A DNA stretch of 64,000 bases from Eledone cirrhosa (taxonomy: Eukaryota). The stretch covers positions 262,136,001-262,200,000 of the forward strand of contig OZ024743.1 in assembly GCA_964016885.1 (NCBI GenBank). Direction: 5' to 3'. Of this stretch, positions 1 through 11,692 are shown piece by piece (the first letter of the stretch is position 1; every line of letters begins with the position of its first letter). The translations under genes and the position numbers were made by a program. The notes below the pieces were generated by a model. The model made no database searches, was not told where the DNA came from, and saw nothing but the letters and a program-made list of their open reading frames with translations.

Positions 1-601
1 AAAATGATGATCTAGCCAATCAATGAAATATAGATCAATAGAGTAATTGGCAAACTGAAATAAGTATTGGGGTCACTACAATCAACTAAAAACCCTTGAT
101 GTTGGAGACCCAGCATGGTTGCAGTCTAGTAATGGAACCAGTAAAAGAGCCAAAGAATTAGTAGGATGCCACAGCAGTAGCTTTATTGAATGGTTGAAAG
201 GAAAGCAAATTGCATTATATATGAGTTAGTGTGTTGATGTGGTTAGGATGTTCATTTTATAATGAGTGAAATCTGGTAGATTGAAACTGTGTAGATGCCT
301 GTCATGTGTGTATGTGTGTGTGTGCACATTGATGAAAGATATGCACATCAGTGGGTAAACCAATTAACAGTGGTGAATTGAGCATCTGGATGGAATGCTT
401 TGCAGCATATATTCCAGTTCTATGCATTCTGAGTTCAAATCTTGCTGATTTCAACTTTGCCTTTCATTCTTCCAGGATTGTTAAATAAAGAATCAGTCTA
501 GTGACAGGGACCAGTACAGCTTTTAGGTTACTGATACATACACCAATTATCATTGCACAATACTCTTCACCTTTGTTAGTGTGAAATGAAATTAAATTGG
601 T

Positions 602-758
602 CAGTGTATCAGAACCAAACTGATGAGAATTCCTGGGTTCCTTAGACTTCTCTAGGTATTTATTCAACAAGGTGGGACAGTGTATCAGAACCAAACTGAT
701 GAGAATTCCTGGGTTCCTTAGACTTCTCTAGGTATTTATTCAACAAGGTGGGACAGTG
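602..758. repeat. Perfect 76-bp tandem duplication
   Basis: 602-677 is identical to 678-753. The unit begins with CAGTG, which recurs at 754-758 (junction microhomology). Confidence 0.95.
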
Positions 759-904
759 AAGGCTTTCTTTTTATTTATACTATTATGTTTATTGTTGTTG
801 TTGTTATTGTTTCTATGCGTGTTATTGCTATTGTTCTTTGTGTTATTGTTGTTGTGATAACTTGGTAGTGGCGGTGATGTTGGTTTTGTTACTGTGGTAG
901 TAGC

Positions 905-945
<41 letters not shown>

Positions 946-1312
946 CAACAGCAGTGGTGGTATTTGCTGATATTGTTGCTGTTGATATTGTTGTGACTAC
1001 AACTGATAATATCTGATAATTTTGCTTTCAAACTCACTCATTCTCCCTCTTTTAACTGTCACTCTCTCTTTCTTTCCTTTTCTAATTTCCTCACTCTCTT
1101 TTCTTTCTTTCCACCCCTCTTTCTTTCTATCTGTCTTTCTCTCCATCCCTCTTACTCTTTTGCTCTCAATATTTCTTTTCTTTCCTCTTTCTCTCCATCC
1201 CTTTTTCTCTTTATCTCTCGATCATTTTTTCCACCCCTCTTTCTCTATATTCAATCTTTCTATTCACGCCTCTCTCTCTCTTTCTCTAATTCTCTCCATT
1301 CTTCTCTATTTC

Positions 1313-1314
<2 letters not shown>

Positions 1315-1376
<62 letters not shown>
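1315..1376. repeat. (CT)n microsatellite
   Basis: Seen directly. Confidence 0.95.
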
Positions 1377-1379
<3 letters not shown>

Positions 1380-2041
1380 CAATTTCAAGTAGAATACAAG
1401 AGATATTGGAGACCTCTTTGTTCCATTGCCAGTCTCCTGTTTCTGCTTGTAAACCATTAATGCTGTTCACTCATCCATGGAAGGTTAATGTTGTATTCAC
1501 TGTCTTGATTCACTGAGAATCTCAGCCAGAATGGTAAACTTTTAAGTGCCATTACTGTAGAATTTAGCTTTACTTGTCTGGCCCATTGACATTTTGGAGT
1601 AATTCTTCATAGTATGTATGTATATATGTATGTATGTATGTATGTGTGTGTGTGTGTGTGTATGTATGTATGAATGTGTGTGTGTGTGTATATATGTATG
1701 TGTATGTGTGTGTGCATGCATATGTTTATATGTATCTATGTGAATATGTGTGTTTAATATATATGTATTTGACTGTCATCTATATATGTATAATCATCAT
1801 CATCACGTAATATGTATACAATATGTGTGTGTCTGTGTGTAAGCTTGTACCTTCAATTCCTTCTCTTGTTATCTTCCTCTTAGATATTTGTTGTAGTCAA
1901 TATCCTGTTGAGGGGCTATGTTGGCCCCTGTACATGTAGCACTCATTTTATCAATGCTCTGAGAGAGAGAGAGAGAGCGATGTGACCTCTTTAGTGATAA
2001 TCCAATAAACCATTATAGGTTATATAAACACTTTCATTTCC

Positions 2042-2183
<142 letters not shown>

Positions 2184-3204
2184 AGTCTCTCCCTTGACCT
2201 TTCATTACCATAAATCTATTATTGTTTATCATTTTGGAAATAATCAAGAATTTAGAGGTATTTAATAATATAATTAACTTTTTCATTATTAAGCTGATGT
2301 TTGGAACATAACTTAAGAAAGGTTCTGACATAAAATGATGATGGAGTGTTTTAGATAAACATGTTAAAAACAAACAGTTTTGTATCATAAAACCCAATGG
2401 TCATTTCAGGCAGTTTTGTATCAAATGGGTTAAACACCATGTTGAATACTTCATCCAATCCTTTCTCCCCAGGACTGAATCCCTCCCTGTTCATATTTTC
2501 CTTTGCAGATATCTACAGAAAATATTGTTGTTATATTTCACACCTGTGCAGGTTTTGTCTGTCACCTATGAGGTTGCATCTTGGAAAAGGTTTCTTGGCT
2601 GTTTTAATTTTATGGGCTCTTAGTCCTATCATGTTACCATTCTTTTTGTGATAAGAGGTGGGATTTGAACTTATAATTCATAAAGATGGAACAGATACTG
2701 CAAGGTGTCTTATCCAATACTTTAACAATTATGCTAAACCACTATGCCTGGACTGGTACTTACGTTATTGACCTCGCTGAAGGATGAAAGGTAAAGTTGA
2801 TGTAGGCATGATTTGAACTTATAACACAGATGCCCAGAACAAATGCAACACTTTAGGACAACAGCTGCAACATTCTAGGACACACCTCACCACTTCCTCC
2901 TTCTCCCCCCTCCTCATCATCATTCTCCACCACCAGCAGTGCTACTACCACCATTGACACCAACACTAGTACCACCATCACCGATGCCACTTCAACCATC
3001 TAACCCCATCCCTATCTTCTTCAGCCATTTAAGAAAGAAATGTGTTTTACACTCAGTTCCCTATTTGTATGGGCGTAATCATTTATTTGTTGAAGGCAAT
3101 TGTTTTTACAGCTGGATAGCTGCCACATATCCTACTGCTAACCACTGAACTGTGAAGTAGGAATGGAGCAAACAGTGATAGGGCCTTATTGAGAGCCATT
3201 ATCA

Positions 3205-3461
3205 GTAATGCACTGGGTAATTGCTGGCCTTGTGCCTAAAGTAGAAACAATTATATAAAGACAGTGAATTGGCAGTATCGGTAGAGGGTCGGACGCCATG
3301 CTTTGACGCATAGAGTTACGGCCCTTGCCATTCTGAGTCCAAATCCCGTCGAGGTTAACTTTGCCTTTCATCCTTACGGGGTCGATAAAATAAAGTACCA
3401 GTAATGCACTGGGTAATTGCTGGCCTTGTGCCAAAAGAAGAAACAATTATATAAAGACAGT
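3205..3461 (+). mobile_element. tRNA-derived SINE family S1 copy, preceded by a duplicate of its own 3' tail
   Basis: A-box-like TGGCAGTATCGGTAG, B-box-like GAGTCCAAATCC, body GCCTTTCATCCTTACGGGGTCGATAAA..GTACCAG. The tail GTAATGCACTGGG...AAAGACAGT occurs at about 3205 and again at about 3401. Near-identical copies at 34876-35052(-), 51876-52058(-) and 53207-53375(+). Confidence 0.85.
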
Positions 3462-4241
3462 AGTGAAATCACAGGTTATGACCATGTAATCTCAGTTAGT
3501 CATCATCATTGTTTATGTCTTCTTTTCCATATTGACATGGGTTAGATGAGTCAGTACAACCTAGGTCAATACTAAATCAGAGCTACTGTCCTCCCTGACT
3601 ATCCAGGGCCATGTATGGCTTATACTTCAATTTCTGGCATGATTTCCTCAGCTGAATGCCCTTCCTACTGAACTGGTTGCATTTTATCATGGCACCAACA
3701 TCTTAACTTGACTAAAGAGTCTTTTCAACCCTTTTTTTTAGTATGGTTCTATGGCTGGATGCCTTCCTTATATGAACCACTCCACGAAGGTTGTCATATT
3801 CTTGGCATGATTGAAAAGTCTTCTCAATCCATTTTTGGCATGGTTTCTGTGGTTGGATGCCCTTCTTTATGCCATCCACTTCAGAGGGATTGTCATGTTT
3901 TTGAGGTCACTGAAGAATTTAGAATTAAATCAAATTTGAAACTGAGGAAACTGTTGATGGACTATGTTGGTTACAATAGTAATAGTAAATCCAGAAGATT
4001 TTGATGTATGTCAATAAATCTGGTTGCCACAGGGGATAGAAAAATCTGATATTTCAGTCTATGGCTCTTCGTGGTCAAATGATAACCAGTGTGTTGGCAG
4101 AGTAATTAGAATGTTGGATTGAATACTTTACTGTGTTTGTTCCAGCTCTCTGTACTTTGACACAAATTCCACTGAGGTCAACTTTGTCTTTCATTTTTTT
4201 TGTGGTCAATAAATTAAATACTATTTCAAAGCAGTGGATTG

Positions 4242-4510
4242 GCAGAATTGTTAGCATGTTGAATGAGTTGTATCGCTGTATCTATTGTAGAATTGTTAGT
4301 GTTAGATGAAATGCATTGCAGAATATACTGCAGAATTGTTACAGCATTTGATTAGATACATTGAAGCATCTATTGCAGAATTGTCAGAGTGTTAGATGAG
4401 GTTCATTGCAGTATCTATTGCAGAATTGTTAGTGTTAGATGAGGTTCATTGCAGTATCTATTGCAGAATTGTTAGAGCGTTGGATGAGGTTCATTGCAGT
4501 ATCTATTGCA
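4242..4510 (+). repeat. ~44-bp minisatellite (about 6 units) derived from the SINE S1 head
   Basis: Unit GCAGAATTGTTAGAGTGTTRGATGAGGTTCATTGCAGTATCTATT. The first unit follows GTGGATTG, as the SINE head does. Confidence 0.75.
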
Positions 4511-5004
4511 GCTGTGCATTATCTGAAATATCAGAAATGACATAAGTCTGGGCCCCTTATTATTAAAACACCTTAAGAAACCTCCTATAAGATGCCACCC
4601 TATAGGAAGCTATCTAAACCAATGCAGAGTTGAACTGCAAAAACAAAAAAATAAAAAGAATGGCTAATGGAAGTGAAAATGAAGGGTGATAGGAACCATA
4701 AGAGTTTTGTTGTGACACGCCTGCAAAAATATGGGATGGTCATATCTGGAACTCTTTTAATTATAGGTTTACTTGATCAAGTTAGACTTATGGTTCGGTT
4801 CTACTGCATGGTATTTTTGGCAAGTGTCTTTACCAAAGACTTTGGTTAAACCATACCGTGTAAGTGAAATTGTGTAGCCAGAAACTGTACAATAGCCTGC
4901 TGGATGGATTATACCTGTAATTCAAAGGCCAAGCCTTGTCACATATTGCATCATGTTGATTTTTGCTTAAGGATTACATTAAGAGTACATGTGTCACTTA
5001 CACC

Positions 5005-5223
5005 TTAACTCTTTATGCCTGTACCATATAAAACCACATGTGCAAGACATAATGAAAAGTACAAAGCAGCACTATGACTGCATCACATTAAAAATTAAAT
5101 TCTTTACTCTAATACTGCAAATCTTCACAACAATCTGTCCACTAGTAAAGATACTATAAACATTTGAATTAAGAAACCTATTTTTTTTTTTTTTTTAAAT
5201 ATTTTCAGGGTGTTAAGAGTTAA
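5005..5223. mobile_element. TTAA-flanked MITE inserted into a SINE tail
   Basis: Termini TTAACTCTT...AAGAGTTAA interrupt a sequence that matches the SINE tail at 18.3-18.4 kb. Confidence 0.55.
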
Positions 5224-5590
5224 TTCATGAGTTGAACATTCAGTTAATGATACTATCAAATATACTCATTGTCAAAACAAAGGGGTGACCTGGGGTTAAA
5301 CGAGAAGAACAACTTGAAACATTTGTTAAAAACATAATACTGTAATTAGATTAGTCTTAGTTTCAGGAGTAAACTGAAGTAAGCTAGAAAAAGCTGTGTT
5401 CAGTTCCAACAGTGTGGAAACTAAAAAAGATCCAGTTTTGATTGTTTGGTGTTCTTGCTTCTAAATTATTGACTTGTCTTGGAGGGCAATTCTACTGAAA
5501 TAATCCGATCTGCATTGGAAAAGTTTTTAAAAACTTCTTAGATATTTAAGCCTGTAAGTTACATCTCTGTCGTATGTGTGTGTATTTGTG

Positions 5591-5631
<41 letters not shown>

Positions 5632-5909
5632 ATGTGTGTATATTTGTATATATGTATATATATTTATGTGTGTGTGTGTGTATGTATGTATATATATGTG
5701 TGTGTGTGTGTGTTTATATATATATAAAATATGTAATACAGAAGCCCAGCCTTCACATGAGCACAGGCTGAAGCATACATCTGGTATGCACCATCTTCAT
5801 ATCCCCCCCCCCCCTTCCTTACACCTCCCACGTCCTAATACTCCATCACGGCTATATACCCACCTCCCCAATGTCCTCACCTTTCCCACCAAAGTTCATA
5901 TTGAAAAGT

Positions 5910-6282
5910 GTTCATGTAGGTGTCACAACAAAAAGCACCCAGCCTACACTGTAAAGTGGTCATGTAGGTGTCACAACAAAAAGCACCCAGTCCACACTGT
6001 AAAGTGGTTATGTAAGTGTCACGACAAAAAGCACCCAGTTCACACTGTAAAGTGGTCATGTAGGTGTCACAACAAAAAGCATCTTATCCACACTGTAAAT
6101 TAGTTGTGTAGGTGTCATGACAAAAAGCACCCAGTACTCACTGTAAATGTGGTTGGCATTAGGAAGGGTATCCCACCATAGAAACCAAGCCCAAATCAGT
6201 TCTGTATGAGCAAGTCATTGTCACCTGACCTGGCATATCTCACAATAGGACAACTAGTATAACCCATGGTGATGATGATGAT
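5910..6282 (+). mobile_element. RTE-type 3' UTR/tail with about five tandem ~48-bp units
   Basis: Repeats of GTCATGTAGGTGTCACAACAAAAAGCACCCAGTCCACACTGTAAAGTG, then GGTTGGCATTAGGAAGGG and a (GAT)n end. Confidence 0.8.
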
Positions 6283-6320
6283 ATATATATATTATATATA
6301 TTATATATATATATATATAT

Positions 6321-6733
6321 CATCATCATCATCATCACCTTTTAACAGGACGTGTAGGTGCCATGGAAAAAAGCACCCAGCACTCACTGTAAATGAGGTT
6401 GGTGTTAGGAAGGGCATCCAGCTGTAGAAATCAAGCCAGAATCAGTTCCCGTATGAGCAAGGCATGGTCAGCCAACCGGGCTGATTCTGGCTTGATTTCT
6501 ACAGCTGGATGCCCTTCCTAACACCAACCTCATTTACAGTGAGTGCTGGGTGCTTTTTTTCCGTGGTTCCTACACGTCCACTTTACAGTGTGGGCTGGGT
6601 GCTTTTTTGCCGTGGCACCTCAACGACCACTTTGCAGTGGGAGGGGGTGGGGGCATGTTGTCTATATGCTTCAGCTTCGGTTTATACCCGTGGGAAGTCG
6701 GGTCTTCTGCATTACAGCTTGACGCCAGAGGTC
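6321..6733 (-). mobile_element. RTE subfamily-2 3' fragment with internal inverted duplication
   Basis: 6481-6733 is the reverse complement of the 3' end seen at 51325-51575. 6348-6445 is an inverted copy of 6481-6579. (CAT)n tail at 6321-6337. Confidence 0.8.
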
Positions 6734-6738
6734 ATATA

Positions 6739-6774
<36 letters not shown>

Positions 6775-6872
6775 TGTATGTATGTATGTATGTATGTATG
6801 TATGTATATATATGTACATATATATATATGTATATGTATGTATATATATGTACATATATATATATGTATATG

Positions 6873-6904
<32 letters not shown>

Positions 6905-6906
6905 TA

Positions 6907-7602
6907 GTATAAATGAACTAAGTGAGAAATTAGGAATAAGAGGGATCAGATGCTGTTTACTCAAGAGAAGACTATGTTGGTATGGCCACGTGATGCGCAT
7001 GAAAGACGACAGCTGTATAAAAAAGTGCTGGGCGATCAAAATTGATGGTAGTTACGGAGTAGGTATACCCAGAAAAACCTGGGACGATCTGATAAATTCC
7101 GACCTCACACTCTTGCACCTCTCTAAGACAATGTCACTGGACCGAGATCTTTGGCGCTACGCAGTAATACAGAAGACCCGCCTTGCCTATGTACAAAGAG
7201 AAACCTAGTCAGTAGGCACCTCTTAACCAAATATACACCCCAATCCACTTCCCCTACCCTATCCTCCCACTCCCATCAACACCACTCTCTCTCTATAAAG
7301 TTGGTACCACAACATCCAGTCCAAATAAATGAGATAAATGAGATCGAGATCGTGTAGGTGTCACGAGACAAAAACACACAGTCCATACTGTAATGTGACT
7401 GTGTAGGTAACACGGTAAAAAGTTCCCAGTTCCACACTGTAAATGTGGTTGGTGTTAGGAAGGGCATCCAGCCGTAGAAAACCTGCCAGATAGTCCTATA
7501 TGAGCGAGACACGGTCACCCGACCAACCTTGCCTCAAGTGGGACAACTCCCGTCTAACCCATGCTAGCGTGGAAAATGGACGTTAAACGAAGATGATGAT
7601 GA

Positions 7603-7605
<3 letters not shown>
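6907..7605 (+). mobile_element. 5'-truncated RTE LINE (C-terminal domain plus 3' UTR)
   Basis: Translation [32 protein letters not shown]...GIPRKTW matches the RTE C-terminus. (GAT)n tail, flanked by (TA)n. Confidence 0.9.
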
Positions 7606-7664
<59 letters not shown>

Positions 7665-7695
7665 GTGTATATATATATATGTATATATGTATATA

Positions 7696-7770
<75 letters not shown>

Positions 7771-7788
7771 CATCATCATCATCATCAT

Positions 7789-7825
<37 letters not shown>

Positions 7826-7828
<3 letters not shown>

Positions 7829-9120
7829 TGTTATGCATAATACAGAGACCACCCCAATAATGTTATTATGTTAATACTGAACAAGGTACAATTATTAGAT
7901 AAAAACAGTATATTATTACAAACATACAACAAAAAAGCATTATACTACAAATTGTTTATTCCAAATTAGTACTTTGATGACCTTTAGCAGCTATTACTGC
8001 AGCAATTCTGCGAGGCATTGATTCCACCAAAGAGGCACATTATTCAGGAGTAATGTGTTGTGTCCATTACAGTAAGAGTGTTTTGTTGTAAATCAGTAAT
8101 TGAGCTGGGATTTAGCTTGTCTTTCATCAGTTTCCAACTGTTTTCAATTGGGTTGAAGTCAGGACTTGAACCTAGCCAACGTGCCAGCACTTCAATGTCA
8201 ATTTCTTGAAAATATTGGTTAATGGTTTTTACCCTATGGCAAGTAGCACCATTTTCTTGATATATCTTGCAACCATGCCTCTCCACCCCTAATGGGACCT
8301 TTTCTCGTTTGATTTCCATACATGTTTGCATTTACAGTCTTTCCTGCTGGAATTATGATCAGTGCAGCTCCTCCCTTTATGTTTATTGATCTCCAGACCA
8401 GCAATGGTTGTGAATGTTCAACTGTTAGTTTGACATAACAAGAATTATAACATTGTTCACGTGGTCTTCTTACATGGTGATTATAAGGGGCAAATTGTCT
8501 AATTATTGTTTCATCACTAAACATTACCTCACCCCATTGAGCATCAGTCCAGTGACAATAAGTGTTGTTGAACAACAGATAGTCCTTGATTCTTTTATTT
8601 GAAAGTTGAGGCTTGGCAGTTGGCTTAAAAGCCCCAAAGCATTGTCGGATGGTAGAAGATGATATGTTTGTGTCTTGAGGAAGATGAGCTTGGATATCTG
8701 AGCTGGAATTAGTTGGATTTGACACTTCAAGTTGGCGTATCATGTGATCTGTTTGAATACTTGTCTTGCGTAGTCTTCCAGTCTGGTGTTGCATTGTGGG
8801 CAAGTGTTTTTTTAACACCAGTCTTAGATACACCCAATCGTACAGATATTTGGCGCTGGGAATATCCTTCCTCATGAAGTAGGATGATATTTGCATGTTT
8901 TTTGCTTGAAATGGGAGCCATGTTAGTACTAAAAAATGTATTAAAATGCTGACTATATATATGAAAATACGACAAATAATGTGATTGGTCGACATATATT
9001 CAATGATTGAAAAAACAAAAATTAAGTGTGATGATATTTGCACGCTTGTGTGTGTGTACTAAGGTTATTAATAATATGACAGCTAAAATGCAGGTGGTCT
9101 CTAAATTAAGCACAACACTA
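7826..9120 (-). mobile_element. Tc1-family DNA transposon, decayed (~1.3 kb)
   Basis: Degenerate TIRs CAGTGTTATGCATAATACAGAGACCACC / GGTGGTCTCTAAATTAAGCACAACACTA, TA on both sides, internal transposase remnants. Confidence 0.9.
7966..8921 (-). pseudogene. Tc1 (DD34E-type) transposase pseudogene
   Basis: Frameshifted pieces: HTH LHEEGYSQRQISVRLGVSKTGV, GRLRKTS, WGEVMFSDET (D1), IYQENGATCH (D2 changed to E), WLGSSPDFNPIENSW (E). Confidence 0.9.
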
Positions 9121-10594
9121 TATGCTAGCATGGAAAAATGAATGTTATATAATGAATGTTATATAATGATGATAAAATGAATGTTATATAATGATGATGA
9201 TATATGTATATATATATATGTGTGTGTGTGAATGTGAATGCGTATGGTCTGTACATTTACTAAAGGCTTCAAGAACATTGGTTTTTTACATCAGCACAAG
9301 ATCAGAAATATATAAGAGAGAGTACAGCAGATTGAATTACCCCTCCTCCTTCCCTTCAGTTCATCACAGTACTTATTTTATTGACAACAGTAACAACAGA
9401 CAGTGTTTTAAGGTCTTTTTTACCCTCTGCTAAAGTAGGTTTAACCTTGTGGAGCCCATAAAGGTCCCATACACATCATGAAGTTCTTTTTGAAGCAATG
9501 TTTTAGGGTTGAATACCCTTTTGCTAGCACTAAACCTTTTAGTTGCTTCTTTTGGCATGCAGGGATACAGTGTGCCTATCCTAAACCAGACACACACTGG
9601 AAGTATTAAAGATAAAGTTGACTCTTGTAGGATTTGACCTCATGACATTAATGAGACAGAAATAACTTCTGTAAATTACTTTTGATACCAAACCACCCAA
9701 AACTAAACCTGGTTCTGTTCTGTGATATAAAGCAGTTTCTTTATCTAAAAACCTTCCGTCATAATTTTGTGCAAGAACCTTCATTAAGTTATTTTTTCAA
9801 ACACCAGTTTAATAATGAGAAAGTTAGTTATATTATTAAATTTTTCCAAATTATTGATTCTATTCAAATTTCTTTGAAAATCATAGCCTAGTGTGTTTTA
9901 TTAGAAATATGGTAATGAAAAAGTTAATGCACTACTGTTTTTGACTTTTTAATTGTTGTAAAATGTTTAACACTTCCTCATCCCTAACAATTTTTGAGAG
10001 AAGTTCAATAATTGTACAGCCTCTATATCAGTCTACAGATTTAGTCAACAGCCTTTACCTACAAAGCCACTGGAATGTGTTAAATAATAATGGTTCCTAT
10101 ACTATTGGCATCGAGACACAAATATTGGGTAGAAGGTTATAATCAATTTAATCAATCTCCAGTACATATAGGATGGCATTAAAATAATTGGTTGCAACAC
10201 ACAGTTTAAAGAACCACAAACAAAGGAAGAAAATAGAAAAATAAAAAAAAATTTACCATTTTCTGTAATTCTACTCCACCTCCTTCCCTTCAATGTATTT
10301 CCAACATATTTTCACTGATTCTGTTGCCAATGTCAGTAGCTTGAAGCAGTTTTAACAAGACAATTCCTTTTCTTGCTTTCTCATTCAATCAGTTTTTCTC
10401 CAATCTTTGTAAATAAAACGTTGATCTTGCTCTAATTTAAATCAGTTTTTCTAACTCTGCCTTCATTGCTTTTATTTTTAATTAGTTTTACTGTTAGCTT
10501 TGGTGACTTGTATCACTGGGTTTAAAGAAATTTCACAATAATAATCATTCCCAGATCAAAAAGATTCACATTTCTAAAAAATTGGTTAGTCTTA

Positions 10595-10960
10595 TATGTG
10601 TGTATCCAGTTTAGAATACGTACACCATATTCCTGCATGTCATAAGAGGCAACTAAAAGAGATGGTGCTTGGTATCTGGTCATAAAACATTGTTTCGGAG
10701 ATGACGCCATGATGAGTATGAAGTCTGTTGTGGAGCCTGCATTGCTAACTCTTGCTTTAAAGGAAAAAGAGCTTAAAATGTTTGTTGTTGTTAGTCAGAA
10801 GGAAGGGTCTATGACCTTTTCAGGGTCTCTGAGATGCATGGGAGAGAGGGAAGAAAGTATCCTCAAACTGCAAGCCTTGTCCAAATGTTTGCAACATGAT
10901 GTTAAACTGCTTGACAGATTAAGTCTACCACTCAAGAAAATATCATTGCTCAACTCTAAT
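10595..10960 (+). mobile_element. Possible decayed 5' end of an I/Nimb-group LINE
   Basis: TATCCAGTTTAGAATACG...CCTGCATGTCATAAGAGGCAACTAAA resembles a conserved invertebrate LINE 5' motif (GCATGTCGTAAGAGGCGACTAA, recalled, not searched). Followed by a non-repetitive open frame 10709-10960. Confidence 0.35.
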
Positions 10961-10972
10961 TTCCATAATGCT

Positions 10973-11415
10973 AAACAAATAAGAGACATACTTGTCCAAC
11001 CCTCCCTCCATAAGACACTGCATTATTTAAACAGATAAGAGATAAACTGACCCCCCTCCCCCTAAGGACACTTGGTTATTTAAACAAATAAGAGATAAAC
11101 TGGCTCACCCCTCCCCCATAGGACACTGGGTTATTTAAACAAATAAGAGACATACTGCTCCCCCCCCTCCTCCTCCATATGACACTGGGTTATTAAAACA
11201 AATAAGAGACATACTGCCTCCCTCCCCCATATGACACTGGGTTATTAAAACAAATAAGAGACATACTGCCCCCTCCCCCATAGGACACTGGGTTATTAAA
11301 ACAAATAAGAGATATACTGCCCCCCCCCCCCCCTCCCCTCCATAGGACACTGGGTTTTTTAAACAAATAAGAAATAAACTGGCTACCCCCCCCTCCATAG
11401 GACACTGGGTTATTT
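10973..11415. repeat. ~51-61-bp minisatellite, 8 units with a variable C-tract
   Basis: Unit AAACAAATAAGAGACATACTG-(C-rich)-CCATAGGACACTGGGTTATT. Partial extra unit near 11490. Confidence 0.92.
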
Positions 11416-11692
11416 ACTGTTTATTTTGCTTCCAGCTTCATAATGCTTAACAGATAATAGATATATTGGCCTATCCCTCCTTCCTTCCCCTAATAGGACA
11501 CTTGGTTATTTGTTCTATATCTCCCATCTTCATGCCCCCCCCCCCCACACACATACACTCAAATTTACATGCATAAACACTTGAATATACAGAAACACGC
11601 ACCCACTCCCATGTGGCCAGTTGTAAAAACTTTTGCCTAATCACTTCAACACAACAGGACAATCAACATCATCTCTAAGAGACTTATCTTTC

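Noticed and set aside
620-660. CTGATGA followed by a short stem in the tandem duplication, as a hammerhead
   Set aside because: No GAAA or cleavage triplet follows.
2360-2515. Possible minus-strand exon (ISAKENMNREGFSPGEKGLDEVFNMVF...) after TTTTCTGTAG
   Set aside because: No recognisable domain, donor site or partner exons; unsupported without RNA data.
5574-7874. Long ORFs rich in YI/CV/MY repeats, here and throughout the window
   Set aside because: They are translations of stop-free (TA)n, (TG)n and (TATG)n microsatellites.
10973-11415. CRISPR-like repeat/spacer pattern
   Set aside because: The spacers are homologous C-runs, there are no cas genes and the context is eukaryotic, so this is a minisatellite.
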